Assembly: GCA_963575745.1 (NCBI GenBank)
Contig: CAUYUJ010000233.1
Span: forward strand, 1 to 64,000
DNA: 64,000 nucleotides
Origin: Prorocentrum cordatum
Lineage: Eukaryota
Reading direction: 5' to 3'
The notes beneath the pieces are model-generated. The model saw nothing but the letters and a program-made list of their open reading frames with translations, did no database searches and was not told the DNA's origin. The position numbers and the translations under genes are program-made. Below, one piece after another: positions 15,646 through 28,274 of this stretch. Within the stretch, counting starts at the first letter, position 1. Every line of letters begins with the position of its first letter.

Positions 15646-16696
15646 ATCCGCCACCGTGCCTCGAGGCACGAAGCGGCTGTTCCCCAGGTCCTCGAGGATT
15701 CTCTGTACTCTGTGTTCGGTGCCGTAATGACTATCTGAGGGGAAAGGGGCCCAAAATCTCAGATCTTCTTGGCGCTCCCGCGCGTTCCCGGGCTTCCTCG
15801 CGTGACCTCTCCTGACGCCCGAGGGCCCCTTATAGCGAACCAAGAGGGCCCCAAGAAGTGCCCGAGAGGGCCCAAGGGGCATCCAAGACAGCCCGAGAGC
15901 GCTCCAAGACGGCCGAGGTGACTCCAAGACGGCCCAAGAGGGCGCCAAGATGCAACATGAATGGATTTCCATTGATTTTCGAAGGATCTTGGTGTTCTCG
16001 CGTTTTCGGGCGTTCGACGCTCCAAGACGTCCAAGACGGCCCAAGAGGCCCCCAAAATCGCCCCAAGACGGCGTAAGATGTCCCCAAGAGCGCCCCCAGA
16101 CAGCTCACGATGGCTCCAAGACGGCCAAAGGGATCGCCAAGACTGCCCCAGAGGGCTCCAAGAGCACAAGAGGGCGCCAAGATGCAACATGCATTGGGTT
16201 CCTCAGATGTTCACAAAGGATGTCTGTGTTCTCGCCTTTCTGGGCTTTCGACGCTCCAAGACGGCCCAACAGACCCCCAAGATCGCCCCAAGACGACCCA
16301 GGAGGCCCCTAAGAGCAGCCCCTAACGGCTCAAGATGGCCTCAAGACGGCCCAAACGAGGCCCCCAAGAAGGCCCAATAAGGCCCCAAGAGGAGGGGCCC
16401 AAGAGAGGCCCCAGAGAGGGAACGCGAACCGATATGTCAAGCCCTTGGCCCAGAGATAGACCCCGAGACCGCCAGCAGGCCCTCAAAAGAAGCCCCCCGT
16501 AAGCTTCAGGAGGCCCCGAAGAGGCCCAAACTAGGCCCCAGGAAGCCACAGGAGACCCCCGAGAGGCCTTCAAAACAAACCAAAACCGAATCCAAGAGGC
16601 TTCCGAGAGGCCTCCCAAGAGAGCCCCACAGGCACCCCACGGGCCTCTGACCTACAAACCACACGCGATGGCGGGATGGCCGAAGGCCCCTGGATA
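15646..16696 (+). mobile_element. Non-autonomous Helitron2/Helentron-like element
   Basis: 5' atccgccaccgtg with hairpin cgtgcc-tcga-ggcacg. Imperfect subterminal inverse cgcgatggcgggat and 3' hairpin ggcc-gaa-ggcc (16678-16688). ccaagacggccc-rich interior. Confidence 0.6.
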
Positions 16697-17039
16697 CTAT
16701 CCATGACCACCGCGACGCTGCAGCCGGACAGGCTCGAGTGGGGGCTGGAAAAGCAGTTTGCGTTTCGCTTCGAGGAGGAGGGAGGAGATGCTATCGGACG
16801 TGCCGTGCGTGCGGGGTGGGCGTTCTGCCTGATCCTTCCTTAACGCTTACGATCTTGAGGACTCAAAGTTTCCAGCAACTGATGGAAGGCGAACCGCTTC
16901 AAAAATGGCTCTCGCCCTGCTGCCGCGCACACCCACCTTGAAGAATCCAACAACCACGCGGATGGAGGGCGAACCGTTGTATACTAGCCTGGCGAAGTGC
17001 CCAACCATACGCAGCTGCGAAAGCCGCATTGTGGGTACC

Positions 17040-18236
17040 GCTTTCGGTGGACCTCCCGCCACGAAACGCTGTGCTGGGTGGCGTTGACGCATGCGGACCC
17101 TGCCACTGCAGCCTTCCGTGGAGCTCCCTATGGGGCCACGAGACGCTGTCCTGGGAGGCGTTGACGCATGCGGCCTGTGCCACTGGATTCTTCGGTGGAG
17201 CTCCCTATGGGGCCACGAAACGCTGTCCTAAGTGGCGCTGGCGCATGCGACATGTGCCACTGGAGCCTTCGGTGGAGCTCCCTATGGGGCCACGAAACGC
17301 TGTCCTAAGTGGCGCTGGCGCATGCGGCCTGTGCCACTGGAGCCGTCGGTGGAGCTCCCTATGGGGCCACGAAACGCTGTCCTGGGAGGCGTTGACGCAT
17401 GCGGCCTGTGCCACTGGAGCCTTCGGTGGAGCTCCTTATGTGGCCACGAAACGCTGTGTTAGGTGGCGCTGGCGCATGCGACCTGTCTTGGGTGGCGTTG
17501 ACGCATGCGGCCTGTGCCACTGCAGTCTTCGGTGAAGCTCCCTATGGGGCCACGAAACGCTGTCCTGGGTGGCGTTGACGCACACGGCCTGTGCCACTGG
17601 AGCCTTCGGTGGAGCTCCTTATGTGGCCACGAAACGCTGTGTTAGGTGGCGCTGGCGCATGCGGCCTGTGCCACTGGAGCCGTCGGTGGAGCTCCCTATG
17701 GGGCCACAACACGCTGCCCTGGGTGGCGTTGGCGCATGCGGCCTATGCCACTGGAGCCTTCGGTGGAGCTCCCTTTGGGGCCACGAAACGATGTCGCGGG
17801 TGGCGTTGACACATGCGGTGCGGCCTGTGCCACTGGAGCCTTCGGAGGAACTCCCTATGGGCCACGACACACTGCCCTGGGTGGCGTTGACGTATGCGGC
17901 CTGTGCCACTGGAGCCTTCGGTGGAGCTCCCTATGGGGCCACGAAACGCTGTCCTGGGTGGCGTTGGCGCATGCGGCCTGTGCCACTGGAGCCTTCGGTG
18001 GAGCTCCCTATGGGTCCACGAAACGCTGTCCTGGGTGGCGTTGGCGTATGCGGCCTGTGCCACTGGAGCCTTCGGTGGAGCTCCCCATGGGGCCACGAAA
18101 CGCTGTCCTCGGTGGCGTTGACGCGTGCGGCCTGTGCCACTGGAGCCTTCGGTGGCGCTCCCTATGGGGCCACGAAACGCTGTGCTGGGTGACGTTGACG
18201 CATGCGGCCTGTGCCACTGGAGCCTTCGGTGGAGCT
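17040..18236 (+). repeat. 77-bp satellite array (variant of the 1.5-2.6 kb family)
   Basis: Unit gccactggagccttcggtggagctccctatggggccacgaaacgctgtcctgggtggcgttgacgcatgcggcctgt, e.g. starts 17179 and 17256. Confidence 0.92.
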
Positions 18237-18734
18237 CCTCCTCCTCCTCCTCCTCCTCCTCCTCCTCCTCCTCTTCCTCCTCCTCCTCCTCGTCCTCCTC
18301 CTCCTCCTCCTACACCTCCTCCTGCGTGTCTTCCTAGCACGCAGGGTCGGCGGCACCAGCCGTAAGGCCTTGAATGAACACCGATCTCGGGCCCAGGAAA
18401 CGGTCATCCCATGATCGGCGAAGGCGTTCGCTGAGAAATCGAGCTGGAGAAAAGGAAGAAGGAACAACCTTGAAAAGGGGAAAAAAACAGTCCGAAGGAA
18501 TTCTACAGTTGTGGAAACAAAACAAGGACACCCACCCAAAAACAAAAAAGGACAAAAAAATGAGGTCCACGCAAATGCTGAGGTCACCGTTTACCCCCCT
18601 GGCGCGCTCGACCCGATCCAAGAGACCCGCGCGGACCTCCGAACGTCTTTGCTGGTTTACCCTGGGATCCGACGTTACAAAAAAATGCAACATCGCGGGG
18701 GCGGAAGAAAACCAAAAAAACAAACCAATAAACA

Positions 18735-18916
<182 letters not shown>

Positions 18917-19371
18917 AGAAACGGAGCCCGCGAACCAATCATTCTGCGGCGTGTTTCGACCAGGATTCGTCTGCGATGGTCCCGGGGCTCGAACCCCGGC
19001 GACAACGCTCAAGCAAACAAGCAAAATGCTGAGCACGAAGCGCACATGAGCACATAGCCACTATCACGTGGTATCGCAATACACGCTCGCGGCGACAAAA
19101 AAGCAGCGCCCGGAGCTCGGGGTCTGCCCCTCTCTAGGGCAACCAAGAGCGGGGCGTCCAAGAGGGGCGGACGCAAATCATGGCCGGCGGCACATGTGCG
19201 GCCCACGGGGGGGGGGGGGACGTCTTGAAATCAGAGGAAGCGCCATGAAATCTGAAACAGTACCACGTTCCCCCCGCCGTGATACCCTCCCCCACCAGGT
19301 CATCGCCCCTCTTTTGGCCGCCCCCGACCCTCGCTTGAACCCTCGGCGAACTCTCTGGCCCACGACTACGC

Positions 19372-19416
<45 letters not shown>

Positions 19417-19817
19417 CCACGACTACGACGGCGACCAACAACGCCACCACGACCGCAACCAGCAGCACCCCGACGACGGTCAGCAACGGCAGTGCCAGTA
19501 CGACTGCAACCAGAAGGGCCACCACGACTGCGACCCCCGCCAGGAGACGCGCACGAACCGCACCGAGAGCTGCAGCGCGGGCCCCATGTCCCGCAGGAAG
19601 TCCAGCTTGGTCGTCGCGGCGCCCGCAGCGAGCATCAGCTGCCTCGGCAAGGCGCTGCCTCCGCGGCGGGGGGGGGCACGGGCTCGGTTCGCCGGAGGCT
19701 CGGTTCGCCAAGGCTCGGCTCATCGGGGCTCGGCTCGCCGGGGCTCGGTCCAACTGGGCGGCGATGAGTGGGGGGCCGATACACAAGTCGGGCGTCGGTC
19801 GTTCGTCGTCGTCGTCG

Positions 19818-19851
<34 letters not shown>

Positions 19852-20777
19852 ACAGTCGATTGTCGATTGTCGATTGTCGATTGTCGATCGCCGGTCGATC
19901 GCTCCATCCTCGGCCGATCGGGTGGCCGCGCCCCACGCGCCTCCCGAGAAAGGCCGAGGGGGCAGCGAGGGCGTGCACAAGGGACCCCGTACAAGGGACC
20001 CCGTCTAGGGCCCCTGAAGAGGCGCGCGGGCGGACCCTGGCGGGCGGGTGGGGTCGGGCGGGGGGTGGGCCGGGTCGGGCGGGCGGGGCATGAAAGTATG
20101 ACACATCGTCGAGTTAGCACGCGCGAACCATAACGGGAGAGTCGGGCTTTGCGGGCTGCCCCATAGGCGGATCGGGCCACACGGGCGGTCCCTAACGGGC
20201 GGGTCGGGTCGGGAGGACGGGACATGAAAGTATGACGCATCATCGAATTGGCACGTGCAAACCCTGATGGGTGGGGCGGGACGGGTCTGGCGGGTGAACC
20301 GTAACGGGCGGGTCTGGCCGTTCGGGCGGACCCTGACGGGCGGATCGGACTGGGAGGGCGGAACATTGAAGTACAACGAGTTATCGCATTGGAACGTAGC
20401 TCGACGCCAGGAGTGGAAGCGCGGGCAGCAATCTGGTGCTGATTGGCCAGCAAAGTGCAACGGCCAAGCACCCCGCGGAGCGAAGCTCGACGCCAGGAGC
20501 TGAAGCGCCACAGCAATCTGGTGCTAGTGGCCAAAAGGCCAAAACAAACTGTAGGGCTGCCAGAACAGCCAGCAAGCGGCGGCGCGAGACAGGCACAGGC
20601 GAGACAGGCGCCGCCGCCCGGCGAACAACACACAAGGCAGAACGCCGTGCAGGTGCAGGTAGAGCGAAGACCACGCGCGTACGGGCCGAAAGGCCAAGTC
20701 AAAAAGACAAGCTGACCGCGGCCGACTGCGACAGCCAACACGCGGTGGCGTACATGGGCGGTGGACACCATAGGCAA

Positions 20778-21522
<745 letters not shown>

Positions 21523-23506
21523 CTTTGGCGGTCGCGGCCTCGCGCGCGGCGACGAGGCGGAGTAAATCGAAAGCCGCGCGCAAAACGCACAGCCAGGCCT
21601 TCAAGTCGGATCACTCTGGATCGCCGCGCGAACCACCACAGCACTGGAGGTACAGAATCATCTGGGCAGGGATTGCGGGGAGACGGAGCGCACCACCAGC
21701 AGGGAGGCACATGGCCAACTGGGCGTGGTCGGCAGGGAGGAAAAAACGACCGCACAGGCGGGCTGCCTGCCAGGCAGCAGTGACGCATGGAAGGACGAAG
21801 ACCCCCAGAGGAGGAGGAGGAGGAGGAGGAGAAGGAGGAGGAGGAGGAAGAGGAGGAGGAGTGACAAGGACGGAAAGGGGCGAGCGCCCAGAGCGCTCAG
21901 CGCCTGGCCGTCCTCCCACGGCAGGAGTGCTCGCGGGAGGCATGGTGCTCCGCATGATGAGGGCGCACGGTGAGGATGGGGAAGGCCATGTCGAGGCCAG
22001 CGCACACGACCAAGGATGGGCCGAAGGGGCCCACGTAAGACTAAGCCAGGATGAGGATAAAATCGGGTGAGCATAAGTCGAGAATCTCTGAGATCCAGCG
22101 GCTCTCGAGGATGTCTCGGGCACCGCGGCCTTCTCAGAGCGTTCCGAGAGCGTTCTGTAGTGCCCTGGAACGGAGACATCCTCGTCCTAGCCCCGTCCGA
22201 CTGGGCCTCCTCCTCCCACGGCCGGAGTGCTCGCGGGAGGGAGGGCGCCCAAGAACACACACACACACACACTCTTTGGTGGTCGCGGCCTCGCGCGCGG
22301 CGACAAGGCGGAGAAAGTCAACCGCAGCGGCCGAGACCCCGCGCGCGCCGGACACAGACGCACGCACACACACACACACACACACACACGCACGCACACA
22401 CACGCACACACACTTTTTCCGCAGTCGCGGCCTCGCGCGCGGCGACGAGGCGGAGTAAGCGCCAAGACCGTGCTCGCGGCGGCCGAGCCCTACACATCCA
22501 CACACACACACACACTTACGCTGTCCCCATCTGCCTGCCGAGTGGCGTCACCACGGGGAGCGGTAGCATGGGGCACAGGCTGTCGTGAACGCCTCCAGGC
22601 GTAGCAGGTGGGTGGCTATGCTAGGCGAGCAGGCGTGCACAAAAGAGCCCACAACGTACTGGGAGATACACACACGCACAAAAACACACACACACATACG
22701 CACACACACACAACCACACACAACCAACCACACACACACACACACAAGTTCTAACGTGCCCTAGTCCACCTTCCACACACACACACACACACCCCTGCTC
22801 AAATGACCATTTCGCATTCGGGGTCGAACCACCCTTCGAAATTCATCATCGTAGTGTTCATCTCCTCCCCTCCATCTCTTCAGATCCACTTTCCCCTACC
22901 ACCTTCCATGTTTGTTATGTGTATATACGTATGCAGATTTCACTAGGCATATGTTCCTCAAAAATATGTATATGTACACATGTATGTGCGTTCGTACAAA
23001 TACGCCTACGCATAGCCATATACATATACACATGCATACACATGCACATGTACATGTTCATGTAGAGAGCACAAAACCACATATACACATAGTCTATGAA
23101 CGTGTACTTGGACACCTGAATTTGCATGCACGAAATACATGTACGCATGCGCGTATCTACTCATGTAATACGTATGCTTCTGCATATACATATATACATG
23201 TGCATGTGTATATACGTATATACACGTATACGTATAGGTATGCACAGACATGTGGAGACACACATATGCACATGTAAAAGTACCATCACAAACAACACAT
23301 ACGTACACACATTTGCGTATACGCATACACCGAAACGTATACGGATGCGTGCACATGTAAGTACACATACACTTAAACATATACAACAAACACATGTACA
23401 TACACATGTAAATGAAAACACCTATACACATTCAAATACAAACATTTGTATGCGCATACAACTGTACATATAGACCTACACGCATATCTATAGAATGCTT
23501 ACTTCA

Positions 23507-24260
23507 AGAGACCTTCAAAATCGCCCCAAGACGGCCCAACAGATTCCCAACATGGACCCAACACGGCCCAAGAGGGCCCCATGACGGCCCACGAGGCCCC
23601 CTGAACAGCCACCCTAGACAGCCTTACGGGGGGCCCCATCGGGGGAGCTCGAATTGAACTTTCCAGCTTGCCGACCCGCACGATGGCCCCACGACGCGCA
23701 AGATGGACTCCAGACGGCACAAGACGCCGCCAAGAAGCCCCACGAGCCTCAAGAGGCTCCCCCAGAGAGCCTCAACGCGCAAAAAGTGCACCATTCCCTT
23801 CAGAAAAACGTACGTCTTGCCCATATACGACGTTTCGAGGTCCAGCGCGCCCAACGCTGCCCAAGAGACCTTCAAGATCGCCCCAAGACGGTCCAACAGA
23901 CTCCCAACATGGGCCCAACACGGCCCAAGAGGGCCCCAAGACGACCCACGAGGCCCCCTGGACAGCCCAAGACAGCCCTAAGAGGAGCCCAATCGGAGGA
24001 ACACGAATTGAACTTCCTAGCTCGCCGACCCGCAAGATCGCCCCAAAACGCCCAAGATGGCCTCCAGACGGCACAAGACGCCGCCAAGAAGCCCCACGAG
24101 AGCCTCAAGAGGCTCTCCTAGAGAGCCTCAACAAGCAAAAAATGCACCATTCCCCTCAGAAAACGCACATGTTGCCCATATACGACGTTTCGAGGTCCAG
24201 CGCGCCCAACACTGTCCAAGAGACCTTCAAAATCGCCCCAAGACGGCCCAACAGACTCCC
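23507..24260 (+). repeat. ~356-bp tandem host repeat (ccaagacggccc-rich family); third unit interrupted by the YR element and resuming at 32140
   Basis: Empty-site sequence aacaga(t/c)tccc|aacatgg at 23548 and 23905; split version at 24260 / 32140. Confidence 0.88.
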
Positions 24261-24373
24261 GGCACTGGCACCCCCACCCGAGAGAGCTCCGATGCTACTT
24301 ATTTCCCGAGCGCCTCTCCGACGGGCGTGCCGGGCGCGGGGCGCTCCAACCCTTTCGGTGGAGGCCGTTGCCC
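24261..24373 (-). repeat. Split direct repeat B2 (3' terminus of YR element)
   Basis: Copy of B1 with an ~18-nt internal indel; forms the left boundary of the insertion. Confidence 0.92.
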
Positions 24374-24418
24374 GCCCGGGAACGCGGAAGGAAGAGAAAT
24401 GCCAGGGTGGGCGGGCGG

Positions 24419-24531
24419 ACAGCGAGAGCCACGCGTCCACGCTAGAGCCAAAATGGCCGCGGACGGTGCGCGAGTCTCAGCGCCCGCCGCATGGTGCACA
24501 AAGTGCCCCTCGCATTAATTATAATGCCCAT
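24419..24531 (-). repeat. Split direct repeat A2
   Basis: Copy of A1, abutting B1 at 24531/24532. Confidence 0.93.
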
Positions 24532-24626
24532 GGCACTGGCACCCCCACCCGAGAGAGCTCCGATGCTGCTTATTTTCCGAGTGCCTCGCGTGGGGCGCTC
24601 CAACCCTTTCGGTGGAGGCCGTTGCC
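24532..24626 (-). repeat. Split direct repeat B1
   Basis: ggcactggcacccccacccgagagagctccgatgct...caaccctttcggtggaggccgttgccc, repeated at 24261-24373. Confidence 0.92.
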
Positions 24627-24664
24627 CCAGCTCGCCCCCGCCGGCCGGCACTTCATCGCAGCCT

Positions 24665-26155
24665 CTAAAGCAACGGGCGCATCCGACAGATGACAGACAC
24701 GGGGTGCGCCCCCGGAGCAAGCGCGCGCGCGGCCAGCCCGAATCTCCAGCCACACCGCGTCGACCAAGCAGCTGCTGGCATGGTGGGCGGCCCAACCTGG
24801 ACTGCATGCACTACGCCCGAGTCGCGGTTCAGCACCTGCCCGGCGCTGCTGCCGCCGGCGCTGGCAGGCGGGCCCCGTTCGTTCGCATCCTGGCGGACAA
24901 CGGCGTCAAGCAACTCGCGGCGCAGCGACTGGCGCCCCACGGCAGGGCGCACCTGGCTGAGGACCATCTCAACCAGCCTGTCCGGCGTGGGCTGGCCGCG
25001 GCGGAGCTCTGCCAGCTCTGCCCGCAAGTCTGCGACCTGGCCGAGCACGGACTCGAGGTCGACGTTGCTGCCCGCGCGCGCGGCCCATCCCGCCGCCGCC
25101 TCCAGGGATGCATCCCGCACGTACCCCTGGACGGCGGATGAGCCCCACCGTCCGAGGAGTTGAATTGACCACAAGTCGACCCCCAGGCGCGCCGGGCCTT
25201 GTGCCCCAGTGGGGCGGAGGCTGTGGCCCCCGACGCGTTCGGAACCGTCCGGGGAAGCCGCCGGGGCGCCGAGGTAGGTCGCCGCGCGGAGTATGGTCGC
25301 GGTCATCGCCTCTTTACTGACCACTTCCCCCGCCTCGGTGGGGAACTAGGGGAGGTCGCGATCTGCGACGCCGTCATGCCACCGCTCTGGGAACTTGCGC
25401 TGCAGCAATAAGATCTGGTCCCAGATGGCATGCGCCGGGCACGATGGGCGAGAAGGTCGACCCAGGGCGCAGCAGCAGCCGTGGGTCCGAGCGACGCCGA
25501 GGGCGGCCACGTCAGCCTTCGACGCCGGCAGGTGCCAGGTGGCCTGCGGGTGGTCGCCGCGCGCGAGCTCGATGAGGCACGCTCGAGCGGTTGATAGCTC
25601 GATCTCGCGGTTCATCCACCACGCCCCTGCCACCATGGCGTTCCTCGGGCCGATGGGGCCCCCGTCGCACCAGGCGCCATGGCCTCCGGGGAGCTCGCCC
25701 AACCGCTCGAACGGCAAAGCGCGCGCCTTGACAGCGGGGCCCATGCCACGCTGGCATGACCGCAGGCCGTCCTTGGCCGCCCGCTCGAAATCTGCACGCA
25801 AGGTAAACCCCGCGCGCTCCGCGAGGATCCGGCACGCAGAGATGTAGGCCTCCGCGCTGCGATAGCCCCCCTCCTTGAGGCTGGCGCAGAGATGCGTCAT
25901 CTTGACTGGTGTCGGAGGTAGCAGGTCGTCACCCCAGGCGTGCAGGAGCGCCGCGACCGCGCGTCGGCGTGCCTCCACGACCCTGCTGGAAGACGCCGCG
26001 CACACGTCGGCTGCGAGACGGCGCAGCGCCCCGTCGCGAGAAGCCCGCGAACCGAGGTCTGGCGGATGGCCCCTCTGGTAAGCGAATCTGCCCGGGGCGT
26101 CCCGCTGCAGAGGGGGCAGCGCGCTGTCGGCCGCTTGCCTCCCCTGGCGGTCCAC
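24665..26155 (-). pseudogene. Tyrosine recombinase (lambda-integrase family) of the retrotransposon; frameshift near 25340
   Basis: Catalytic signatures WWMNREIEL (R), LPASKAD (K), GHSLRPTGA (HxxR) and LGRWGSSAVQGY (W...Y), split over ORFs 25346-26155 and 24665-25324. Confidence 0.92.
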
Positions 26156-26354
26156 GAAGATGCTGCGCGGCGCGCCGCGGCCGCTGCGCGAGCGGCGCCG
26201 CGGCGCCGTGGGCGCCGCGGCAGCTGCTGCAGGAGCCAGGCCGCGTGCCTCGGTTGACCCCCCCCCCCGCCAGGGCCACGGCTGAACGCGGAGCCCGGCA
26301 GGCTGGCCGATGGCCCGACCCGGTGGAACGGCGGGGCGCCGCTAACGAGCCGGG

Positions 26355-27520
26355 CCGTGACTGGATGCCGGAGCAAGGATCCAGCGGAACGGCCATGGCC
26401 GACGGGCCGGGTCTGGCTGGATGCCGGAGCATGCCAACCGCGCGCAGGGCCTGGCGGAACGGCTGGCCGTAGCTGGCCGACGCGCCAGGCCCCCCAGATG
26501 CCGGAGCAAGCTGGGCGCGCGCAGATCCAGCGGAACGGCCGAGGGCCGACGTGCCAGGCCCAGGCCGGACTGGATGCCGGAGCAAGCCAGACGTGGGCCA
26601 AGTGATCCAGCGGAACGGCCAGCCGTAGAGAGCCGACGTGCCGGGTCTGGCTGGATGCCGGAGCATGCCAGCCGCGCGCAGGGCCTGGCGGAGCGGCTGG
26701 CCGTAGCGGGCCGACTTGCCAGGCCCCCCAGATGCCGGAGCAAGCTGGGTGCGCGCAGGTCCAGCGGAACGGCCGAGGGCCGACGTGCCGGGCCTGGGCC
26801 GGACTGGATGCCGGAGCAAGCCAGACGTGGGCCAAGTGGTCCAGCGGAACGGCCAGCCGTAGCGAGCCGACGTGCCGGGTCTGGCTGGATGCCAGAGCAT
26901 GCCAACCGCGCGCAGGGCCTGGCGGAACGGCTGGACGTAGCGGGCCGACGTGCCAGGCCCCCCAGATGCCGGAGCAAGCTGGGTGCGCACGGGTCCAGCG
27001 GAACGGCCGAGGGCCGACGTGCCGGGCCTAGGCCGGACTGGATGCCGGAGCAAGCCAGCCGTGGGCCAAGTGATCCAGCGGAACGGCCAGCCGTAGCGAG
27101 CCGACGTGCCGGGTCTGACTGGATGCCGGAGCATGCCAGCCGCGCGCAGGGCCTGGCGGAACGGCAGGCCGTAGCGGGCCGACGTGCCAGGCCCCCCCAG
27201 ATGCCGGAGCAAGCTGGGTGCGCGCGCGGGTCCAGCGGAGCGGCCGAGGGCCGACGTGCCGGGCCGAGGCCGGACTGGATGCCGGAGCAAGCCAGACGTG
27301 GGCCAAGTGATCCAGCGGAACGGCCAGCTGTAGCGAGCCGACGTGCCGGGTCTGGCTGGATGCCGGAGCCTGCCAGCCGCGCGCAGGGCCTGGCGGAACG
27401 GCTGGCCGTAGCGGGCCGACGTGCCAGGCTGGGTGCGCGCGGGCCCAGCGGAACGGCCGAGGGCCGACGTGCCGGGCCGAGGCCGGACTGGATGCCGGAG
27501 CAAGCCAGACGTGGGCCTGC
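26355..27520. repeat. Internal higher-order tandem repeat (~235-bp unit, ~5 copies, built from ggatgccggagca subunits)
   Basis: Periodic sequence, mirrored by repeated peptides in ORFs 25929-27671 and 26421-27539. Confidence 0.9.
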
Positions 27521-27819
27521 ACGGAGCCTGCGACGCTAAGGGAAGCGCGTGCCATCCCCATGTTGGCAGCATTGCCGCGTGCTTCGCCTGGGCGGGCGGG
27601 AGGGCGCGGGGCGGCCGCGCGGCGCCCCCCCTCCTCGGGCGGCGAGCGGACCTGCCGGCGGCGGGGACCACGAGACGCGAGCGCCGGAGCGGCCGGCGAC
27701 CAATGCCCCCCCTGCTGCAACAATGATTTCTGGCGAAACCTTCGGCGGGCCCGAAGGGGGAAGGCGGGCCCTAGCCCCACTCAGGAGGCCAGGCCCCGGC
27801 CAGACGGGCCAGAAGCTGC

Positions 27820-28145
27820 AATTCTGAGCGCACAGCAGGGGCGCTCAGAATTCCAGCGCGGGCCCCTGGCGGCCCGCCTGCGGCGCCGCAGCAATTCTGA
27901 GCGCACAGCAGGGGGCGCTCAGAATTCCTGGACGGGCCCCCCGCGGCCCGCCAGCGGCGCCAGCAGCAATTCTGAGCGCGCAGCAGGGGGCGCTCAGAAT
28001 TCCAGAGAGGGCCCCCCGCGGCCCGCCAGCAGCGCCAGCGGCAATTCTGAGCGCACAGCAGGGGGCGCTCAGAATTCCTGGAAACGCCCGCCGGCCAGCG
28101 GCGCCAGCGGCAATTCTGAGCGCACAGCAGGGGGCGCTCAGAATT
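27820..28145. repeat. Array of five palindromic 33-34-bp units (AATTCTGAGCGC-N9/10-GCGCTCAGAATT), period 69-75 bp
   Basis: Units start at 27820, 27893, 27968, 28043 and 28112; perfect 12-bp arms. Confidence 0.93.
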
Positions 28146-28274
28146 CCCGGAAACGGCCCCGGCGGCCCGCCAGCGGCGCCAGGCGGCCGGAGCGGCCCCA
28201 GACGGGGTTGCGGGGGAGCGCGGGATCTCTTTTCAGCCTCGTCTTCCAAACGCACCCCTCGGTTAATATCAAAA

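Noticed and set aside
27820..28145. CRISPR array or CTCF sites (CAGCAGGGGGCGC)
   Set aside because: Linkers are mutually related, not unique spacers. CTCF is a bilaterian protein, so the match is taken as coincidental.
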